Shown here one piece after another: positions 29,999-45,395 of a stretch of DNA of 64,000 nt. Made by a program: the position numbers and the translations under genes. Position 1 is the stretch's first letter. Each line of letters opens with the position of its first letter. Under the pieces are notes generated by a model. It saw only the letters and a list, made by a program, of their open reading frames with translations. It did not search any database and was not told the DNA's origin. The DNA is taken from NCBI RefSeq assembly GCF_009914755.1, contig NC_060926.1. One strand, 5' to 3'. This DNA is from the human T2T-CHM13v2.0 reference genome, Homo sapiens.

Positions 29999-30646
29999 AC
30001 ACATGCCTTCCTTTCATCTTGAATAACTTTGTCCTAAAATGAATTTTTTTTCCCCTTGATTTAACAGGATTTTTGTAGACTTTAGAATTTGGACTTACCT
30101 AACAAGAGTATAAATTGACTTGGGTTGCAAGCACTGAGCACTGTTACTTCTATCACGTCTCTCTTTTATTTCTGGGATATAAAACAGGCTTTAAGTTTCT
30201 TGGTTGCCCAAGGGCAGAGCAAGGAATATCTGGTGTTTCTTGTGATGATAATATTTTAATTTTAAATATCCCTCCCTCATACAAGTGTATGTTACCATTT
30301 TAATATAATTCTTTTTGTATCTTTCCTTCTTGTTTTGTGAAGATTTTTGTGGCATGGATTGCTGTGCTCACTGCTGTAAAAGGTGACCTAGTGTACTGGG
30401 CAGCTGGTGGTGGTGCAGAAAAGAGTCTCAGGTTATTTTTTGTTTTTAGTTATTTCTTGGACCTTGACAGTATCTAATGACTCCTCCTGAAAATGCTGCA
30501 GTATAAAAGAGCAAAGAGCTTTGGGAAATACCTAAGAAGCACCTTAAGATTAGGGTGGCATTGCTTTTATAGATTCTTGATTTTAAAGCAACAGGCCTTT
30601 CTCAGGTGTTGCATTTTTTGGAGCAAAAACTATGGGTTGTAATTTG

Positions 30647-30652
30647 AATAAA
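30647..30652 (+). terminator. DDX18: Candidate proximal polyadenylation signal AATAAA of DDX18
   Basis: Canonical hexamer with upstream TGTA in an AT-rich 3'UTR. Confidence 0.55.
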
Positions 30653-31628
30653 GTGTCACTAAGCAGTTATAACGTTTGATGGCTGGGGGGTAGGAAGAGG
30701 ATGGAATTGAGATGTTTGAGCCTCATTTACATCAATAGAGGTGTAATGTACTGCATTTCTTCATTTGGTAACATAACAAAGACTTTCATACAAAGAACGA
30801 TGATGCTCCTCATTAAGATTTGTTTAATTCAAGGTGGTTTGGATTTGGTAAGCCTTTGCACTCTGTAGAGTACTTAGAAGACAAGGGCAACTTACTTGGA
30901 GTTAGAGCCAAGCTGTCAGACGGTGCCCAGCACACATTAATGTTAGCTTCTTTCTGAGAAAAAAATACCTCTTCCAGGCCCTGAAACAAAAAATACATTT
31001 GCTGTGAAGATTGAAAATGAACAAAGTTAGAAAAAAAAACAGCAAAATCAGTGATTTAGTCAGATGAGTTTTTCGTTGTAGGAGCACTTGATTTCTAGTG
31101 TGTTTTGTACAGTATATAACTACAAGATAGTACATTTTGTAGCAGTTCAAAGCCAAAGTTGCTAGCATCATTTTGCTGTTGTGCCAGTTAATCATAGGAT
31201 CCCATTAAATAAGTGTGCTAACATCGAATATAGAGAAAACTGGTAAAGAACATTCCAGTAGGAAAAGAAAAGAACAATCTTCCATTTCTGGGCTTGGCCA
31301 CCATCACCCTGGTCGGACCTGTCCTGGACTTCCAACCTTGACTGCTGAGCTCCTGGCTTAGCTTCTTGGGTTCCTAATTCCTGGTGTTTAATAATTCTCT
31401 CCACGATCATGTTTTTCTGATTTTTTTTTTCAGAAATAATGTTTTTTAAAAGACAAAAACAAAGGGAAGAATATTTAATTACTGAGCAGAAGTAAATACT
31501 GTTGGTATTTTGTACATAATCTAATTTTTATATGCATGTTCATGCTTTTTAATTTTTTTATCAAAAATTAAGTCATCTACCTACTACTTGTAACCAGCTT
31601 GTTTCATAGCATGTTATTTTCCTGTGTC

Positions 31629-31634
31629 ATTAAA
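31629..31634 (+). terminator. DDX18: Candidate distal polyadenylation signal ATTAAA of DDX18
   Basis: Variant hexamer followed by GT/T-rich downstream sequence (gttgtatttcgttt). Confidence 0.6.
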
Positions 31635-31917
31635 TAATTACTTCAATGTTGTATTTCGTTTATGGATGCTTTGTTGACCCTTGTTTGGTCTGCCAGGATT
31701 TAGGTTCAAGATACCTACCTGAATGTGCCAAACTGGCTGTCCCTATCTCAGTATGTCTTGTGCTCAGTAGTCTTGAGATTGTTTACCTCTAGTATGAGTC
31801 AGTCTCTAGAGGTTTTGTGAGAAAAGCATATAAACAAAGTGGACAGGGTTGGCCCTGCTGTATGAGAACTTACTTCAGGTCCATTAGCAGCCTCATCTAT
31901 GATCTCCATTACCTGTA

Positions 31918-32134
31918 GTCACAATAAGATACTTTGAGAGGCCACATTTACATGACTTTTTTTACAGTATATTATAATTGTTTTATGTTAATCTCAGTGT
32001 GCTAATTTATAAACTAAACTTTGTCACAGGTAATGTATAGGAAAGAACAGAGAGAGGGTTCAGTGTTGTCCACAGTTTCAGACATCCACTGGGGATCCAG
32101 GAATGTATCCCTGGAGGATAAGGGGGAACTACCG
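31918..32134. mobile_element. MER44/Tigger7-like DNA transposon fragment
   Basis: cagtttcagacatccactgggg...ggataagggggaactaccg-ta terminus. Confidence 0.65.
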
Positions 32135-33672
32135 TATTCGCTGGGTGCTGTTTGTGATTGTAGTGGCAGGATGGTCCAGGCTAGGGACAAGAGACAACCA
32201 GACTTGACCAGCCTGGCCAGATTCAGATATGAAGGAGCCAGTTACTGGTATCACGTACAGTGAGTGAAAGCAGCACCATCTGCAAGGCTCGTGCACAGTA
32301 AGAGCTTCATTTGGTGGCAAATGTGAGCGTTTGACAGGTGGAATTAGGTGGCTGCAGCCATGAAGGTTCGAAGGCAGAATGTGAGGTGGGGGAGCCAAGC
32401 ACATCACTACATGCAGGTAAGTCTTTGGGTCCTGTGGGCTGCAAGTGATGACACTGCTATGTCTAAATTTATTTAGTCTCAGCCAGCTTTGTATAAATAA
32501 AACAAGATACCCAAAACAGGATCCCTAAGTTATACAGGGCTTAAAAGTGAGAGCTCTGTAACTAGAATGCCTGGATTCAAATTCCAGCTGTGCCACTTGC
32601 TAACCTCAGGGCCTGATTCATGAGTGAAGCAAAAGTAATACCTCCTTCAGAAGGCAGTGCTCAGGACAGTGCCCTGGTGCTGAGTGCTCTGTCCATGGTA
32701 CCGGCCTCCGTGCATCCTACGTGAAAAACTTGCTGCCATACAGCAGCAGGTACAGAGGCTCATCCCAAACCGTGAGCCAGTCTGGGCTTTGGCATACAGG
32801 ATTTCTAACAGTCTGGATCTCTTGGAATTCTGGAGAGCAGACTTGGGCTTTGGAAAGCGGTCCAGTCCTGCAGCACCTTCCTAAGGTAGCTGTCAAGTAT
32901 ATTAATGCTGTTTTCAAGGTTACTGTACTGAGTATGGGGTGGCAACAACAACAGTGTGCGTTTGGATAACCTAATTCATCATAAATTAAAAGCCTGTTAG
33001 ATGTCATAAACTGCAGAGGACACAGAAGAATACGCCCAGATCCTTCTTGGGATGGATACAGATTAGAGAAGGTAGGCATAAACAGTTGCAATATTGTTTT
33101 CTAAATGATGTGATAGATGCAGGCAAATATTCCAGCTATTTTTATTAAGCCTAGAAATCCTGCATCCTCGGGTCCTAGTGGACTATGATTTTCTTGCCCC
33201 ATCTCTAGGAGATTCTGATTCAGTAGGCCTTTGCCAGGGCAGAGGTATGTAGGTGATGCTCACGCTCAGCTAGGTTTGGGAGCAACCAGACTAGAACCCA
33301 TTCACATACAGACTCTTAGTAAATGTTTTCTGCTCTCATCTTGCAAAGTGAAAGTGCCCAGCACAGGCAATGGTGTTAGTACGTTGTAGTCATTCACAAA
33401 CTAGGGCTGCCCAGAAGAGAGACAGGCTGGGACTTTCGAGAGAGAAACAGCTGTTTCATTTGAATGCCTGGTGTGGGAAGAAGAAGGACAGCCTAGCTTC
33501 ATGGAACCTTCTTGCACCAAACAAAGCCTCCAGATCCCTCCACAGTGCTCCATTCAATCCCTGTCCATTGGTGGTGGACCAAAGAAGAAACCAATTTGCC
33601 TTGGCCACATGTCTTTGAGAAAAAAAGCCACTCTCCCTTCTGGGACTCAGAGCATCTGTACCTGTAATATAA

Positions 33673-34222
<550 letters not shown>

Positions 34223-35329
34223 GCATCCAACCTTTTATTTGGAGACAATACCTTTCAAGTACTGGTGGGTTACTGAGATCACCTCCCATCAGACAAGCAA
34301 AAACGCCTCCCATGCAGCCAGGGTGGGGCTGTGACCTGGGTTTGGCTAATCACATACATTTGCCCAGAGTGAATCAGATACTAACTAATAAAACAGGAGC
34401 AGAAACAGTAGATGTAGCAGCTTTCTCATCCAGGGTCCAGAGGCAGCTGTGTTGGGAACAGGCAGCTCCAGCTGTGGCACCCCGCAGCAGCCGTGCTCAC
34501 ACCAGGTTGAGAGTGACTGAGTGTGTGCCATGACTTTGTCCAGGGTCCTGCCCTTTAGCTACCTGCCCTTGTTCCTGCCTATTTTGCAAGCCTAGTTCTG
34601 CAGCCATTTCATATCCTTTCAATTAATTCTGTTTCAGTTTAAATTACTGAGTGGCTTTTTGTTGCTCATAATTAGCCCAAGGATACAATAACCGCTAAGG
34701 TCTGGTTTCTCTCTCCCTCTTTTTGTCAAAATGTCCAGGTTGCTTGCCACCATTCTTGTCCTCCCTGCCTGGAGCCTCCTGCCCCTCGGCACAGGGAAAA
34801 TTGGACATTTTGAGCAAGGCCAGGACTTTGAAACATCTAGGGCAAGGATGCGTCGAAAAAAGAACAAGTGGCAAACTCACCACCTCGGGACAGGTCATGG
34901 GGAAGCTGCTCTGGAGGTTTGGGAGGCAGGCAAAAGCAGGATGCTTGGCATCGCTGAGAGCCTCTAGAGGAGTGTCCACAGCTGGGAAAGGGGGAACCAA
35001 GGGTTGTCAGACCTCCCAAGGCAGCACTTTCTGGAGTCAGGCAGAATGTACAGGAGCCTTGGAGCAAGTGAATTCCCTGCTCTGTGCCTCAGTTTCCTCA
35101 TCCGTAGAATGGAAGGAATGAAAACACAAGGATTAGGTGTACAGTCAGGCCAAGTCAGATCTTAGAAACAAGACCTAACGACACTATTATCAGGAACATC
35201 AGGAAAAGGGGAAGAAGGTCAGAAACAAGAGTTTTCTAGGACTTACCGGTTTCTCACACCCTCTCCCCACCATCAAAATCATGGTTTCAGAGGCATTAGG
35301 CCAAAAAACTGCAAAAGGGAGCCTCCTTC

Positions 35330-36500
35330 TGGGAAGTCTCCGGCCCTTCCGCGGCTCCCGGCGTCTCCAGCAGAGGGCTCTCGGCTGTGCCGACTCAGGA
35401 CAGCTGCTGCGACGGGGCCGGCTACGCTTGTCAGAGCAGCAGCTGGTGATTTTGGACTTGCCTTTGCTGGCAGGGGAGCGCTATCGAGGGTTCATTTTAT
35501 CCAGCTTGAGGAAAGAAAGGTCGGAGTGTAGGGGAAGAGTGGGACAAACACGCGACCCAGTCATGCCGAGAGCATGCGCTGAGGGGGACGTGGAGCGAGG
35601 AGTGGGGCTCCAGGCTGCTGAGGCTCCGGACCAAGTGCCCCCTGCACTTTCAACGCCGTAGGTCTCCCGGCAGCCCTGGAAGGACAGTCTTACCCGGACG
35701 CCACGGTGGTCTCCCGGCAGCCCTGGGAAGGACAGTCTTACCCGGACGCCACGGTGGTCTCCCGGCAGCCCTGGGAAGGACAGTCTTACCCGGACGCCAC
35801 GGTGGTCTCCCGGCAGCCCTGGGAAGGACAGTCTTACCCGGACGCCACGGTGAGGGAGGAGAAGCGCAGAGTCAGCCGCAGACGGGAGGGCGATGGCCTA
35901 ACCCGGACGCCAGCGCGGTTTGCTCAGCCCTAGGGCCGGGCGCTTTCCCGCTCCCTGACCGCCTCCTGTTCCTCCGCAGGCCGAGCTGCCCTTCCCTCCC
36001 TGCTGCCCCCAGGGAAGGCTGCTGGTGTCCTCAGATGCGGGCAGGAGGAACCCGCCAGCGCCTGAGAGCCTGGCCCGAACCAGGCCTGGAGGTGCTGGGG
36101 CGAAGACACAGAGGATGTGGCCTCCATCCCTGGTAACAGATGGTTACCAGGGCGGCTTTGGGTGAGGACATTGAAAAAGGTCAGACTCCCTGGGAGCAGC
36201 GCCCTGGACTCCATTCTGATCACAGGTATATTTGTGTGGCTACTAAGAGTAAGAGCCTGGGGGTGCAGGAGTGATTCCAGCCCCCTCCTACAAAGTCATG
36301 TGAGAGGGATCTGAAGAAAATCCAGGGGAAAATGTACCACAGCGAGGAAATCGCCATCTAAAGGGCTGAACGCTCAAGAACGGCGTTGGGTGGGCTCCGC
36401 GTTGGAGTTGAGTCCCGAAGGATGTTCTAACAGCAAAGGGGAGAAAGGAAGAGAGAAGCCAAGGCGTGCGGGCAACGTGAACCGCATGAGCCGAGGCAAA
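35330..36500. promoter_or_regulatory. CpG island with no protein-coding gene evident (candidate lncRNA promoter / CTCF site)
   Basis: CpG-dense, not a recognisable interspersed repeat; CTCF-like CCAGCAGAGGGCTC at 35367. Confidence 0.7.
35661..35851. repeat. VNTR, 4 x 48 bp (first copy 47 bp)
   Basis: Unit ggtctcccggcagccctgggaaggacagtcttacccggacgccacggt at 35661, 35708, 35756, 35804; copies 2-4 identical. Confidence 0.97.
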
Positions 36501-36984
36501 GGGGCAGCGTGGGGCTGGACCCTGGAGTCTGCTCCTGTCTGAATTCTAGTGCTGTCACTGACTAGCAAGGAACTTCCCTGTGCCTCGTGGCTGTCACATG
36601 GAAAGACAGCACCGCCATCCAGCCCTTATACCGTAAGGGTTATATGAACTAGCACTGTGGGCATTAGCAGAGCATGCTGTACACTTTGGTATATTGTGAG
36701 AATGAAATAAATCAACAAATGCAAAGCAGGTTTTGCATAACAAAGACTAAACAAGTGTTAGTTAGCTCCTTTCCTCCTTCCCGCCTGTGAAAATGCTGTC
36801 TTATGATGTCCTTTAATTATTTCGTGTGGTTAAGCTTCAGCTTATTGGCCAGTTCATCCTTGTAGATACAAGTATTTTTAAAGCCTCCAATTTTAATTTC
36901 CTCACAGACCATTGCTGTACTTGTCCTTACATCTACTTCATACTGAAATTTTCTTTCTGTTTCTTTATGTCTCTGCATCTAGAC

Positions 36985-37196
36985 CAGTGGTTCCCAATTG
37001 AAGTCAGTTTTGCTCCTCAGGGCACACTTAACAACATCTGGAGACATTTTTAATTGTCCTGACCGAGAGGACAATGCTACTGGCATCTAGTGGACAGAGG
37101 CCAGGGATACTGCTGAACATCCTGCAGTGCACAGGACGCCTGCAACACAGATTATCCAGCCCCAAACGTCAATAGTGCCGGAGTTATGGAACCCTA
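36985..37196. mobile_element. MER20 hAT-Charlie element
   Basis: cagtggttcccaa...ggagacattttt...gctactggcatctagtggacagaggccaggg...ccaaacgtcaatagtgcc. Confidence 0.8.
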
Positions 37197-37429
37197 ATGA
37201 AGACAATTCTTGAAGGCATAGACTGAATCTTATTTATCTTTGTTTCCCTCATGTCTCACAAGCAGAGTATGAGTTCAGCAAATAGGAGTTGAACAGAAAT
37301 CAGGAGGAGGTGCTGATTGACAGGAAAAAAGAAAGATTTAGTTTAGAGCTGAGAATTCAGCTGGACAGCCATAGGGGCTCTGGCATGGAGACTGGAAGTC
37401 AGAAGAGAATTTGCAGCAAGACATTTAGA

Positions 37430-37830
37430 GCCATTTATCCAGCCATCATAATTTTATTGAGTAACTATTTTGTGTGAGGCACTGTACTGGATGCTTTGGC
37501 AACAGAGATAAGCAAGGCAACCCCTGTGAATAAGGCACTCCTGGTCTACACACAGTGGGAGAAACATAGAAATTCATCTCTTCTGAGCGGAGCCTGTGGG
37601 AACCCAGAGGATGGACACCCAGCGTGGTCTGAGGAATCATGGGCCAAAACAGGAGGCATCAGGAGAGATCTCTTGGGTAAAGAAGAGTGAGGGCTGGAAG
37701 GATATTCCAGGCAGTGGGAACAACTTACATAAAGTGAGAATATTGCAAATGCCTAGCGGGTCTGTAGTGAGAGGGTCATGAGGCGGAGGAGTGAGGTGCG
37801 TAGCAAGGAATAGCAGGTGGGGCCAGAGCA
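37430..37830 (-). mobile_element. L2 fragment (approximate)
   Basis: tttattgagtaactattttgtgtgaggcactgtactggatgct ... attccaggcagtgggaacaac. Confidence 0.5.
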
Positions 37831-38312
37831 GTAAAATTAACCATTGTTCTATTTGAAGAAGGGTAGCACGCATTTTTAGGTTTTTTGGCTATTTCTCCTT
37901 TTGGTAATAGCATCTATTTTCTTTAGAGAATTATCTCTTCCCCCTCACTCCTCTCCTAGTGGAGGTACAGGCATGAGAAAAAGCTAAACCAATGACATGT
38001 TCTCAAATATAACTTACAATCCCAGGAGTCATGATGAAATGGTTGAAAAAAAAAATAGTTGAAGCTCACTAACCTTAGCATCACATTTCAATGAGATTGT
38101 CAAATAATTCTTGTTTCCCAGGCCCCCAGAGCTGCCGAGTTTCTGACTTCTCTAAGCCAGGTTCACAAGCCTTCCCTTCAATTCTGTGAGGATTTTTTTC
38201 CCCATTTTTCCTGAAGTTACGTGGTCACTTTCTGTTACTTGCAACCAGAGTAACTTAATTGATAAAGTCAGTGAGGAAGGAATAGAATACAACAAATGGC
38301 TTAAAAACAGAA

Positions 38313-38591
38313 GGCCAAGCGTGATGGCTCATTCCTGTAATCCCAGCACTTTGTGAGGCCGAGGCAGGTGGATTGCTTGAGCTCAGGAGTTCAAGACCAA
38401 CCTGGCAACATGGCAAAACCCCATCTCTACCAAAAATACAAAAAATTAGCCGGGCGTGGTGGCTCACACCTGTAGTCCCAATTTCTCAGAAGGCTGAGGT
38501 GGGAGGATCACTTGAACCCAGGAGGAGGAGGTTTCAGTCAGTAGAGATTGAACTACTATACTCTAGCCTGGATGACAGAGTAAGACCTTGT

Positions 38592-38621
<30 letters not shown>
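38313..38621 (+). mobile_element. Alu, AluJ-like
   Basis: Dimer with ggattgcttgagctcagg and gggaggatcacttgaaccc; long polyA. Confidence 0.9.
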
Positions 38622-38624
<3 letters not shown>

Positions 38625-38719
38625 AGGATAATCAAGACAATGAGCTAACACAGAAGCCATAGTGGACTTTCTTCAATATTTTAAGAAAGGTGAAAAATAG
38701 CAGGAATTTAACCTCTCAA

Positions 38720-39225
38720 AAATGCTATTCCCATTATCTATTCTTCCTCAGCTACAAAGCCCCTGATTTCACCTAGGCACATGGCTGCCCAAAAAGGACA
38801 ACCCTGTCTGGCCCCCCTTAAACCTGATTGTAGCTATCTAAGTTGTAGCCAATGAGGTGTCAGAGGAAGTACCATGCAGTGCAACTTCTTAAGTAGCCTA
38901 GAAAGATGGGGTCACATCCCCCTGGGTTGTTTCCTTCTTTGTGTCATTTTGATCTCTCTCGCTGGAAAACAGAAATGATGTCTGGAGTGTAAGCAGCCAT
39001 CTTGGGCTAGGAGACTACATGCTGACATGGTGACACACCACCCAGAAAGAATCTGAGTAGTCGATGATCACAGAGCTACCATATCAGCACTAGACTCTCT
39101 ACCTCCACATTTTATTTGTGTGACATAGAAATAAAGTTTAAGCTTTGTTTTTTCTGGGGTGTATGTGTGTACACATGTGCGTCTCTGTCTGTCTCACATG
39201 CAGTGAGACCTAATTCTAACTGATA
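38720..39225. mobile_element. MaLR LTR, MLT1H/J-like (approximate)
   Basis: gcacatggctgccc, gcagccatcttgg, gaaataaag and ...cctaattctaactgata motifs. Confidence 0.5.
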
Positions 39226-39748
39226 TGCCGGTAGGATGGGGGGACCTTGCCACAAGGTATAATTGTGGTGGGATGGCTGTGTCTTGCTCCCATTCAGGAT
39301 CCATGGAAAGCTCCTCCTCCTTCCTGTTCCCCTGGATGCCAAGCGATGGGCCTGAGACCCTGGCTTTGCCATGTGGATGCTCCCCCTCAGGACTTTGGAT
39401 GTGCAGTGATTGCTACAAAAAGGGCAATGAAGATGCCTGGACCACAGCCACACAGTCTCCATCACAGCAGTGGTATTCTGTGGAATGAGTACTAATTTTC
39501 TGGCCACATTTTCTGTTAAAAACTGGTTGTTGAGCTGCCCACTTGTCTTGGTCAAGGGATGCTGGAGTGGCCTGGGAAGGCAGTGTTGTTTGCTTTTCTT
39601 AGGATGGAACACACTTAGGCATATTTTTGGTCAAAGCAAAAGAAGAATTCAAAGGTGAGAGAAGTTGAAGATAAAAAGGGGAAAATGAGGGTAGCAGATG
39701 AAGCAAAGTCACACAGAAAGCTGGCAGGCGAGTAGTAGAATCAGAGTA

Positions 39749-39992
39749 CAGGCTGAGCATCCCAAATCTGAAAATCCAAAATCGGAAGTGCTCCAAAACC
39801 TGAAACTTTTGGAGCACCAACACAATGCTCAAAGTAAATGCTCAGTGAAGCATTTTGGATTTCATATTTTCAGATTTGGGTTTGCCCAACCGGTGTAATA
39901 CAAATATTCCAAAATCAAAAAAAAAAAAAAAAAAATCTAAAGTCTGAAACACTCCTGGTCCCAAGCATTTTGAATACAGGATACTCAACCTG
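39749..39992. mobile_element. Tigger4a (MER46/Zombi-like) DNA transposon
   Basis: TA-flanked TIRs caggctgagcatccc ... ggatactcaacctg. Confidence 0.85.
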
Positions 39993-40191
39993 TATGACAC
40001 TTTCCTATTGGACCCTCTTTCCTACCCCAAATAATACTTAATAAGTTTTTGTTTCAAAAGTGCCACTCTGAGCATCTTTGGCTATAAGGAGCAGAGTCAC
40101 ATTCTAGCTCCCCTGGCACCTGCTTCACAGGAGCCCATGTGAGAAGACCAGGTTCTGGTCAGGACAGGCATACCTGAGAGCTGTTGGGGTC

Positions 40192-40550
40192 TGTGATCTG
40201 CTGAAAAATGACTTCTCAATGTTCTTCACATCCTAATCCTCAGAAACTGTGAATATATTACTTTATATGACAACAGGGATTTTAAAGATGTGATTAAGTA
40301 AATAGTTTGGAGATGGACAGATTATCCTGGATTATCCAGATGGGCCCAATGTAAACACAAGGGCCCTCATGAGAGGGAGGCAAGAGGGTCAGAGAAGATG
40401 CTGTGACAGCAGAAGCAGAGGACAGAGAGTCGCAGAGAGATTTGAAGATACTACACAGCTGGCTTTGAAAATGCAGGAAAGGGCCATATCTGTTGCTTCA
40501 CACCACTAAGTTTGTGATAATTTGTTACAGCAGCAGTGGGAAACTAATAG
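40192..40550 (+). mobile_element. MaLR LTR, MLT1C/D-like with internal deletion
   Basis: gattatcctggattatccagatgggcccaatgtaa; ccactaagtttgtgataatttgttacagcagca. Confidence 0.75.
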
Positions 40551-41509
40551 AGCATCTTTCCTTTTTTTCTAGTTAAAGGACTCACTTGTACGTGTACACA
40601 TTTCTCAGGAGTCCTGTCAACCACTGGGAAGAAAGAGGCTGGACTTCTGCATTGAACCCAGGAACGGGGTTTCACAGCAATGGAAACCTGGGGTTAAATA
40701 TCAATGGAACCTTACATGACTTGAAGAATCTTTAATACAAGCTAGGTTTTGACCCCAAATTAGACATTTGGCAGCCTCTCATTACAGTCTATCTTGCAAA
40801 CCTCAGTGTGGCAAGGAATCAGATTCACCCACACTCCCTAGTCTAAAGGATTGTCCTCTGATCCTTCCAGGTGGATTAAGCCCTTTCTAATCTGTCATGG
40901 ACAGAGCAATGTACCTGCCTTTGTTTGTTTTCCTTAATTCTTTCAAGTGCCTTTGGGTAATAAATGGTTGCGTACTCAGGTTTTTAGTCCAAATTTTTTT
41001 TCTTCAACTCTAGGTAATTGCTTTACTTGCCAGAATAGGTTACCATAGCAATATTTTCTGAGCAATAGGTGAACTGAATTGTACTATTGAGGAAGCCCAG
41101 GAGAAAAATACTAATAACAACCTGAGAAAGTCTAATCACTTTATGGAGCCTCAGGGCTGTGAAGAGGGGGATAAGACGGACTCCCTGGGTGATTAGGAAG
41201 TGCTGCTGCCAGCTCACACAGGACGCAATGTGAGAAGCCACCCATGGTCCCCAAATTCCCCCATCTCCTGATATCCAAGTCCCCCATCCAAGCTGCTTAA
41301 ATGACAAAAGACAAATGTAAACTGGGGAAACATTTGAAATGCATATCAAAAAGGGGTATTTCACAAAGCTCTCCAACAGGAGGCCTAGGAAGATGGTAAC
41401 AGCGATACCAGAATAATGTTTGGATCTTCCAGAGTGCCCATGTGAAAACAGAGCAACCAAACTGAAAAGCCATGGACAACAAAAGTCGGTGACAAAGTGT
41501 CACCTTGAA

Positions 41510-43878
<2,369 letters not shown>

Positions 43879-44609
43879 GCAAGTACAACTTTTTAAAGAA
43901 TTAGAAACAATACCCGGAGGTTGTCTTGTCCCTTCTCCTATTTCATGCTCAAGCCATGCAGGAAAGGGAATCAAGTTTTATTTTCTACTGTGATTAACCG
44001 TAATTAGCCCTTCTTGACGTCATTAGTGAAAATAATAGTTAATATTTGCCCAAGAAAATGTTTAAAGAACAACAGAGAATTTCCAGAATTTGTCTTGGAA
44101 ATTTGTCATGACAGAGTGAGGGCTGGGGCTGGTTGTGTGACTTCCATCACCTGTATCATTTCACCTAGAATACACTAGGCGTTTCATATCTTGGCAATAG
44201 AATATAAATGTTACTCAAAAAAGACAATAAGGACTAGCATCTCTTTTGACTAGATGAGTTCAACTGTCAAATGGCTCAGGAAACAGCGAAATCTCCAATG
44301 GACCGTACAGGCAAACACAAGAAACTTGAAAAAGAAAAACAGAGAAAACAAGAAAATCCTCCATGACAAGATCATCTGGGAGCTGAAAAGCAATTTGGAT
44401 GTAGTGCTTCATAACACAAAACATAAGCTCCTTTAAAGCAGTGCAAGTCCCATTAAGTCTTTGTGATATTTTTGCATTTCTTCACACATGATTTAAAATT
44501 CACCTATTTCCAAAAAGATGTACAATGAAAAAAGAAGACAATAAACAATAAAAATAGAGATAATTTATAAAAGTACAACAAAGGAAGGGAAAGATATATG
44601 CAATTAATA

Positions 44610-45395
44610 ATTAAATATGAGCCACAGTGAGATACAAGGAACACTGACTGAGATGGCTATAATTTAAAAAGAAAAGAAAAAATGGAAAATAACAAATGTT
44701 GCAAGAATGTGAAGAAATTGTAACCCTTATACACTGCTGGGGGAGTGTAACATGGCACAGCCACAGTGGAAAACAGTTCACCAGTTCATCAATAAGTTAA
44801 ACATAGAATTATCATATGACGCAACAATTCCACTCCAAAGGAAATGAAAACAGGGACTCCACCAGATACTTGTATGTCTATGTCTTTGCAGCCTTATTTA
44901 CAATAACCAAAAGATGTAAACAGCCCAAATGTCCATCAACAGATGAATCCAGAAATAAAATGAGGTTTATATATTCCAACGGAAGATGAAAAGGGATGAA
45001 ATTCTGACACATGCTACAAGATGGATGAACCTTGAAAACACTTTGCTAAGTGAAAATAGCCAGACACAAGAAGACAAATACTATACAATTTTACTTAAAG
45101 TATCTAGAATAGGCAAAACTAATAGAAAAATAAAGTTAATTAGAGGTTACCAGGGGTTGGGAGAAGGGAAAATGAGGAGTTATGGCTTCATGGTTAGACA
45201 GTTTTTGTTTGAGGTGATAAAAAAAAGTTTGGGAATAGTAGTGGTGGTTGCATATGTTGTGAAGGTAATTAATGCTGCTGAATTGTACACTTTAAAATGT
45301 TTAAAATGATAAATTTTATGTTTATAAAATGTAATATGTATATATGTGTGTATATATATACATATATATATATGTAAAACCACAATAAAAAATTA
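44610..45395 (+). mobile_element. L1MB-like 3' end
   Basis: ORF 44986 MKRDEILTHATRWMNLENTLLSE resembles the L1 ORF2 C-terminus; gaattgtacactttaaaatg 3'UTR end. Confidence 0.8.

Noticed and set aside
35661-35851. CRISPR-like array or 16-aa repeat protein
   Set aside because: Head-to-tail repeats without unique spacers in a eukaryotic genome; the ORF lacks an ATG and simply reflects a unit length divisible by 3
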